A stretch of DNA of 64,000 nt. It comes from an uncultured Gemmatimonadaceae bacterium (GTDB lineage: Bacteria > Gemmatimonadota > Gemmatimonadetes > Gemmatimonadales > Gemmatimonadaceae). The notes beneath the pieces were generated by a model. It was given only the letters and a program-made list of their open reading frames with translations, was not told the origin of the DNA and did no database searches. Positions 56,969 through 64,000 of this stretch are shown here, piece after piece. The stretch is taken from the NCBI GenBank assembly GCA_963751275.1, contig CAVVTZ010000009.1:576001-640000 (forward strand), read 5' to 3'. Positions within the stretch are counted from its first letter, which is position 1. Every line of letters begins with the position of its first letter. Made by a program: the position numbers and the translations under genes.

Positions 56969-57133
56969 ATGCCGACGTATGAATTCCACTGCCGAAAGTG
57001 CGGCGAGCACTTCAGCCTGCGCGCCCACATCTCGGAGTACGACAGCAAGAAGACCGCGTGCCCGAAGTGCAAGAGCAAGGACGTGGAGCGCGTGATGAGC
57101 GGCTTCTACGCGCGCACCCCGCGCAAATCCTAG
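56969..57133 (+). CDS. FmdB-family zinc-ribbon protein
   Basis: MPTYEFHCRKCG...CPKC. Confidence 0.85.
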   Translation: MPTYEFHCRKCGEHFSLRAHISEYDSKKTACPKCKSKDVERVMSGFYARTPRKS

Positions 57134-57137
57134 GCGC

Positions 57138-57632
57138 GTGAGCCGGGATCCGCAGTCGGGTTCGGCCGCGATGATGCGCGACGCGCTCGTGGCGGCCAAG
57201 GTCTCCGTGAGCCAGTCGCGCGAGGCGCGCGACCTCGCCGCGATGCAGCTCGCGCGCGAGCAGGCCGAACTGGAGACGGTGCGCCGCCGCGGGCAGCTCG
57301 CGGCGCAGATCAACGACGCGGAAACGGTGACCGTGGCCGCGCGCTTCGAGCAGAAGCACGCCGAGCGCATTGCGATGCTGGAGCGCAAGCTCGCGGCACT
57401 CGAGACCGAGGTCGGCCTCGGCGAGCGCGAACTCGAGGAGATGACGGCTCAGTTCAAGGTGATGCAGGACGGCGCGAAGAGGCCGCCGGCGCCGTCAGCG
57501 CCCGCGGCCCAAGCGGGGCTGGATGAGCGCGAGACGGAGCACAATGCGCTCAGGAGAGAGGCGGAGCGGTCGGCGCGGGAAGCTGACGCGGCGGCGCGAC
57601 TGGAGGAGATGAAGAGGAAGATGGGGCTATGA
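57138..57632 (+). CDS. coiled-coil protein, PspA-like
   Basis: helical heptad-rich sequence ending LEEMKRKMG. Confidence 0.65.
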   Translation: MSRDPQSGSAAMMRDALVAAKVSVSQSREARDLAAMQLAREQAELETVRRRGQLAAQINDAETVTVAARFEQKHAERIAMLERKLAALETEVGLGERELEEMTAQFKVMQDGAKRPPAPSAPAAQAGLDERETEHNALRREAERSAREADAAARLEEMKRKMGL

Positions 57633-57650
57633 CCGCGAACGTCGGAGATC

Positions 57651-57728
57651 GACTGAAGACTGAAGACTGACGCCTGCAACGGCACGAGGAGGCCGTAGTT
57701 CGCAGGCGTCAGTCGTCAGTCGTCAGTC
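57651..57728. repeat. hairpin with heptamer-repeat arms between convergent genes
   Basis: GACTGAA GACTGAA GACTGAC GCCTGC...GCAGGC (GTCAGTC)x3. Confidence 0.8.
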
Positions 57729-57733
57729 TGCCA

Positions 57734-59332
57734 TTAGGCTTTTACCGACGCCGTCAGCCTGTTCAGCAGCGGCACACACAGCAGCATCGCCCCCGCCGCG
57801 CCGAAGCCGATCACCACGAAGATCATCCAGAAGCCGGCGTTCGTGGCGCTGAGGTGCTGGATGTAGCCGCCGAATCCGGTCTCGATCGCGGCGGGCGCTT
57901 CGCCCGGCGATGGCGTGAAACCCGCGAACCAGCCGGCGACCTTGTTGGCGGCGGCGTTGGCGAGGAACCAGACGCCCATGAGCAGTGACGCGAAGCGCAC
58001 GGGCGCGACCTTCGTCACGTAGGACAGGCCTACGGGCGAGAGGCAGAGTTCGCCCCAGGTGTGGAGGATGTACGCGGCGGTGAGCCAGAGCGGGCTCACG
58101 AGGATGCCGGTGTCGGCGCGGCGGCCGCCGGCCACCATGAACAGGAATCCGCAGCCGAGGAGGAAGAGGCCGATCACCATTTTGAGCGGCGTCGAAGGTT
58201 CCTTGCCGCGCCTCGACAGCGACACCCAGAGCCAGGCGAAGACCGGCGCGAAGATCACGATCGACGCGGCGTTCACGTTCTGCATCCACGCCGGCGCGAT
58301 GCGGAAAGAGCCGACCATCAGATCGGTGTTCCGCGCCGCGAAGAGGTTCATCGAGCTGCCCGCCTGTTCATAGCTCGCCCAGAACGCCGTGACGAAGAAC
58401 GCGACGATGAACAGCGCGAAGACGCGCTTCCGCTCTTCGCCGTGCGTGCCGAGCACGCTGATCGCGACGGACGCGCCGATGATCGTGCCAAAGGCGAGCG
58501 GAACGAGATCGTCGAGCTGGATCGGGAGCGAGATGCCGCCCAGGAACCAGGCGAGCGCGCCGCCCGCGACCGCGCCGCCCACGCCATGCACGAGCGTCGA
58601 GGCGTCGGCGCTCTTCGCGGCGTCGGCCGCCGCCGACGCGGCGCTGCCGAGCGCCGCCTTCGCGCGCATCGCGGCCGTGCCGAGTCCGATGCCGGGCAGA
58701 TAGGTGTCGCGTCCCCACAGGTACACGATGAGGCCCGCGACCATGCCGACGCCGGCGGCGGCGAAGCCAATGTGCCAGCCGCCTTCGCCCCAACGCACCG
58801 GGTCGCCGAAATAGCCGCACACGGTCTGGCCCAGCACCGCGCCGACGTTGATGCCGATGTAGAAGAGCGTGAACCCGGCGTCGCGCCGCTCGTCGCCGGG
58901 TTTGTAGATCTGGCCGACCATCGTGGACACATTCGGCTTGAAGAAGCCGGTGCCAATGATCACCAACCCCAGACCGAGATAGAACATCTTCATGCTGGAG
59001 AAGGCGAGACAGAAGTGGCCGGCGGCGATGATGAGGCCGCCGATCACCAGCGACCGCCGCGTGCCGATCCAGCGGTCGGCGAGATACCCGCCAATGAGCG
59101 GCGTGAGGTAGACCAGCGCCGTGTAGTTGCCGTAGAGTGTCGCCGCGTCCTTCGTGCTCCAATGCAGCGATTCTGTGAGGAACAGGATGAGGATCGCGCG
59201 CATCCCGTAGTACGAGAAGCGCTCCCACATCTCGGTGGTGGAGAGCAGGGCGAGTCCGCGCGGGTGGCCGAAGAGCGCGGTGTCGTCGAGCGCCGAGGGC
59301 GTTTGGGGGGCGGGTGCGGCGGGAGCGGTCAC
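57734..59332 (-). CDS. proton-dependent oligopeptide (POT/PTR) transporter
   Basis: FGHPRGL, EMWERFSYYGMR, GGYLADR, GFFKPN, FYIGINVG, GELCLSPVGLS. Confidence 0.95.
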   Translation of the reverse strand: MTAPAAPAPQTPSALDDTALFGHPRGLALLSTTEMWERFSYYGMRAILILFLTESLHWSTKDAATLYGNYTALVYLTPLIGGYLADRWIGTRRSLVIGGLIIAAGHFCLAFSSMKMFYLGLGLVIIGTGFFKPNVSTMVGQIYKPGDERRDAGFTLFYIGINVGAVLGQTVCGYFGDPVRWGEGGWHIGFAAAGVGMVAGLIVYLWGRDTYLPGIGLGTAAMRAKAALGSAASAAADAAKSADASTLVHGVGGAVAGGALAWFLGGISLPIQLDDLVPLAFGTIIGASVAISVLGTHGEERKRVFALFIVAFFVTAFWASYEQAGSSMNLFAARNTDLMVGSFRIAPAWMQNVNAASIVIFAPVFAWLWVSLSRRGKEPSTPLKMVIGLFLLGCGFLFMVAGGRRADTGILVSPLWLTAAYILHTWGELCLSPVGLSYVTKVAPVRFASLLMGVWFLANAAANKVAGWFAGFTPSPGEAPAAIETGFGGYIQHLSATNAGFWMIFVVIGFGAAGAMLLCVPLLNRLTASVKA

Positions 59333-59408
59333 GAGTGCCTCATGGGTGATAAGGACTTGCGCGGTCGCGGGAGAAGATAGCGCGTACCCCGCAACGTGCC
59401 AGACGCTT

Positions 59409-60400
59409 CTACGCGCCGGCGCGCGCGACCTTGTGGCAGGCGACCCAGTGGCCGGGCGCTTTCTCCTCGAGCGCGGGCACTGTTGATGTGCAGACCGCGT
59501 CCTTCGCGGGATGCGGGCAGCGCGGATGGAACGCGCACCCCGCCGGCGGCTTCGCGGGCGAAGGGACGTCGCCGGTGAGGACGGCGCGGCGGCGTTCCGC
59601 GCCCGGGTCGGGGATCGGCACCGCGGACAGCAGGGCGCGCGTGTACGGCATCTTCGGCTCGTGGTAGAGATCGTCCACCGAGGCGAGTTCCACGATCCTG
59701 CCGAGGTACATCACCGCGACGCGATCGGCGATGTGCTCCACCACCGAGAGATCGTGCGCGATGAAGAGGTACGCGAGCCCGCGGCGCCGCTGCAGATCGC
59801 TGAGGAGATTGATCACCTGCGCCTGCACGGACACGTCGAGCGCGGACACGGGCTCGTCGCACACGATGAAGCGCGGCTCCACGGCGAGCGCGCGCGCGAT
59901 GCCGAGGCGCTGGCGCTGGCCGCCGGAGAATTCGTGCGGATAGCGCGACGCGGCGCCGGCGCCGAGGCCGACCTCGTCGAGCAGGCGGTCCACGCGCGCG
60001 TCGGCGTCGGCGCCGCGCGCGAGGCCGTGGATGGTGATCCCCTCGCGCACGATCGCGCGCGCGGTCATGCGGGGATCGAGCGAGCCGTACGGATCCTGGA
60101 ACACCAGCTGCATCTCGCGACGGAGCCGGCGCAGCGGCTCGGCCTTGAGTGCGCGCACGTCGCGGCCGTCGAAGGTGATCGCGCCGGCGGTCGGCTCGAT
60201 GAGGCGCAGGATGCAGCGGCCGAGCGTGGTCTTGCCGCATCCCGATTCGCCGACGAGGCCGAGGGTCTCGCCGGGGGCGATGGAGAGCGAGACGCCGGCC
60301 ACGGCGTAGGTCTTGGTGCCGCGGCGGGACTCGTAGGTCTTCGTGAGGTCGGTCACGGCGAGCAACGGCGGGCTGTCGACTGTCGACTGTCGGCTGTCGC

Positions 60401-60404
<4 letters not shown>
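59409..60404 (-). CDS. oligopeptide/dipeptide ABC transporter ATPase (OppF/DppF)
   Basis: [26 protein letters not shown]-terminal GCAFHPRCP. Confidence 0.93.
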
Positions 60405-61368
<964 letters not shown>

Positions 61369-61372
<4 letters not shown>

Positions 61373-62322
61373 CGGCCCTCCGTCTGGCGCGGGTCGAAGG
61401 CGTCGCGCAGGCCGTCGCCGAAGACGTTGACGGCGAGACAGGTGATGACGATCGCGAGCCCGGGGAAGAGCGACAGCCACCAGTACGCGCTGAGGTTCTC
61501 GGCACCTTCCTGGATGATGTTGCCCCAGCTGGATGTGGGGGGGTGCACGCCGATACCCAGGAAACTGAGCGCGGCCTCGAGATAGACGACGTGTCCTATC
61601 GCGAGCGTGCCGGCGACGATCACCGTGGACGCGACGTTCGGCAGGAGATGCCGCCAGAGGATCTCGCGGTCGCGCGCGCCGAGCGCGCGCGCGGCCACGG
61701 CGAAGTCCTGTTCGCGCAGCGCCATCACCTGCGCGCGCACCAGGCGGCTCGTGCCGAACCACCCGGTGAGGCCGATCAGGAGGATGAGCGCCGGGAGTGG
61801 AACGGGTTGCGCGACCGCGACGACGGCGATCAGCAGCAGGATGCGCGGCACCGACATGGCGGCGTCCGTCAGGCGCATCATCACGCCATCGATCCGGCCG
61901 CCGTAGAAGCCGGCGATGGCGCCCCAGGCGGCGCCCACAACGACCGTCACGAGGGCGCCGAGCAGGGAGATGGCGAGCGTGATGCGCGCGCCGTACATCA
62001 TCCGCGTGAGCACGTCGCGGCTCGCGAAGTCGGTGCCGAACAGATACGTCGATGAAGGGGGGAGGTCCTTCAGTCGCACGATGTCCGGCTGGGCATCCGG
62101 CGCGTAGGAGGTGAGGAGCGGTGCGCACACCGCGAGGAGAATGAGGGCGATGAGCACGAAGAGCGCGAACATCGCGCCGCGGTCCGCGGCGAACCGCTCG
62201 AACGCCCGCCGCCAAGGACTCGCGCCCGGGCCGGTGCTGAGTGCGCTTCTGCCCGTGCGACTCACGGCGGCGACCGCGAGGGCCGCGGCGAGGAGGCAGG
62301 CGAGCCAAGCGAGCGCGTGCAT
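61369..62322 (-). CDS. peptide ABC transporter permease (OppC/DppC)
   Basis: [37 protein letters not shown]. Confidence 0.93.
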
Positions 62323-62323
62323 G

Positions 62324-63295
62324 CTATGCCACGCGCACGCGCGGGTCGGCCACGGCGTAGAGTATGTCGGCAACGAGACTGCCGAGCACGACGAGCACGC
62401 TCGACGCGATCGTGATCGCCAACAGGAGCGGGTAGTCGCGCTCCCCGATGGCGCCGGCGGCCAAGGAGCCGATGCCGGGCCAGGAGAAGATCCGCTCGAT
62501 GATCACCGCGCCGCCGAGCAGCGTGGGCAGCCACAGACCAAGGAGCGTGATCACCGGCAGGAGCGCGTTCCGGAAGATGTGCCGCCGCAGGATCCGGCCC
62601 TCGTCGAGCCCCTTCGCGCGCGCGGTGCGCACGAAGTCCTGGTTCATCACGTCGAGCATCGCCGCGCGCTGGTAGCGCGAGATCCCCGCCGCGGCGACGA
62701 GCGCCAGTGTCCCTGCGGGAAGGATGAGATGCCACGCGCGATCGGCGAGTTTGCCCCAGAGATCGTACGACGCGTAATGCGCCGCGTCGGTCATCCCAAC
62801 GGTCGGCAGGACTCGCAGCCTGTAGGCGAAGAGGAACATCGCCATCAGCGCGAACCAGAAATCCGGCAGCGCATACAGCAGGAGCGCGACCCCGCCCACG
62901 CCGCGGTCCACCGCGCCGCCGGGCCGCCCCGCCTGGATCACGCCGGCGCCCACGCCGAGCGCGAACGTGAGCGCGATCGCGACGACCATCAGCACGAGCG
63001 TGTTCGGCACCGCTTCGAGGAGCACCGTCGTGACCCGCTGCGCATGCGGGATCGACCATCCGAGATCGCCGCGCGCGACGGAGCCAATCCAGCAGACGTA
63101 ACGCGCCGCGATCGGCCGCCCGAGGCAATATTCGTTCCGGAGCTGCTCGCGGACCGCCTCCGGGACGCGCGTGTCGCCATACGCCGCGTCCACCGCGTCG
63201 CCTGGGGCGAGCGCGACGAGGACGAAGGTGAACGTCGCGACGAGCCACACGATCACCACGCCCTGGAGCGCGCGGCGCGCGAGCAGCTTGGCCAT
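62324..63295 (-). CDS. peptide ABC transporter permease (OppB/DppB)
   Basis: HLILP, FVRTARAKGL, IERIFSWPGIG, DPRVR. Confidence 0.93.
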   Translation of the reverse strand: MAKLLARRALQGVVIVWLVATFTFVLVALAPGDAVDAAYGDTRVPEAVREQLRNEYCLGRPIAARYVCWIGSVARGDLGWSIPHAQRVTTVLLEAVPNTLVLMVVAIALTFALGVGAGVIQAGRPGGAVDRGVGGVALLLYALPDFWFALMAMFLFAYRLRVLPTVGMTDAAHYASYDLWGKLADRAWHLILPAGTLALVAAAGISRYQRAAMLDVMNQDFVRTARAKGLDEGRILRRHIFRNALLPVITLLGLWLPTLLGGAVIIERIFSWPGIGSLAAGAIGERDYPLLLAITIASSVLVVLGSLVADILYAVADPRVRVA

Positions 63296-63300
63296 CGCGG

Positions 63301-64000
63301 CTACTTCTTCCCCGCCGAGATCGTCCAGTCCTTGATATTCGTCCCCCAGGCGTCGGCGCGGAGTCCCGAGACGTGGACCGTCTTCGCGACGCCCGCTATG
63401 CCCCGCGGCTCGTACAACCAGATCGCGGGCGCGTCGCCGATGATCGTCACGTACGCCTTGCGGAAGTATGCCTTGGACTTCGTTGGATCCATTTGCTTGG
63501 ACGCCGAGTCGACATAGGCATCGAACGTCTTGCTCTGGTAGTAGCCGTCGTTCAACCCGGCGTTCCCCGCGGCGGCTCCGCCCCACGACTCGCGCACATT
63601 GCCGGGGCTCGGGTCGAGACCGGTGAGCACGATGGTCATGTCGAAGTCTCCGGCATGGTTGTGCGCGATGGCCGTGGGCGGATCGACGAGCTCGATGTCC
63701 ATCTTGGCGCCGATGTTCTTCATGTACTCCTGCATCAGCTCGGCCATGTGGCGGCGGGGCAGGCTGGAGCTCGGGACCGTCACCGAGAAGGCGAGCGGGC
63801 GGCCGTTCCGCTCGCGCACGCCGGTGGCCTTGTTCTCCTTCCAGCCCTGCGCATCGAGGATCCGTTTCGCGCTGTCGGTCGAGAACGGCAGGAGTTGGAT
63901 CGTCGGATCGTAGGTCGGATAGGAGGACGCGAGCGGGCCCTTGCCGACCGTCGCGAAGCTGTCGAAGACGCTCTGCACGATCGCCGCGCGGTCCACCGCC
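63301..64000 (-). CDS. peptide ABC transporter substrate-binding protein (partial, C-terminal part)
   Basis: DRAAIV, AKRILDAQGW, DAPAIWLY; upstream of the oppB-like gene. Confidence 0.85.
   Translation of the reverse strand, partial: AVDRAAIVQSVFDSFATVGKGPLASSYPTYDPTIQLLPFSTDSAKRILDAQGWKENKATGVRERNGRPLAFSVTVPSSSLPRRHMAELMQEYMKNIGAKMDIELVDPPTAIAHNHAGDFDMTIVLTGLDPSPGNVRESWGGAAAGNAGLNDGYYQSKTFDAYVDSASKQMDPTKSKAYFRKAYVTIIGDAPAIWLYEPRGIAGVAKTVHVSGLRADAWGTNIKDWTISAGKK

Noticed and set aside
55291..57728. CRISPR-like arrays from the short repeats
   Set aside because: The units are 7 bp with no spacers, and there are no cas genes in the window.

Overview
High-GC bacterial chromosomal segment. Gene content and order suggest Gemmatimonadota (inference, not tested). 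Many genes carry single-base frameshifts, dense at about 40.4-49.7 kb; these are most likely long-read indel errors. Left part: AbrB/Doc toxin-antitoxin pair, metG, ricT/PSP1, accA, dnaE, two secreted metallopeptidases, UvrD helicase, DDAH, a Mo-oxidoreductase and Hsp20. The centre (16.4-39.2 kb) is the highlight. A complete ccmABCDEFGH operon is followed by a 9-heme lipoprotein, a NapC/NrfH-type quinol dehydrogenase extended to 20 hemes, a beta-barrel porin and a 16-heme periplasmic cytochrome. Next come a membrane-bound group 1 [NiFe] hydrogenase (small, large, cytochrome b, protease) and hypABFCDE. Together these form a candidate H2-to-cell-surface electron conduit. Right part: an HTH/membrane-protein cassette bracketed by inverted structured repeats, an arylsulfatase, the lipA-pdhABC-lpdA-lipB operon, a thiO-like oxidase, a GT2/DUF3108/DHS-like operon, an M28 peptidase, a PuuD-like hydrolase, a POT transporter and an opp/dpp ABC transporter. 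Intergenic DNA holds several families of long covarying hairpins and 7-bp tandem repeats, and several genes look leaderless. No rRNA, tRNA, CRISPR array or transposase was recognised.
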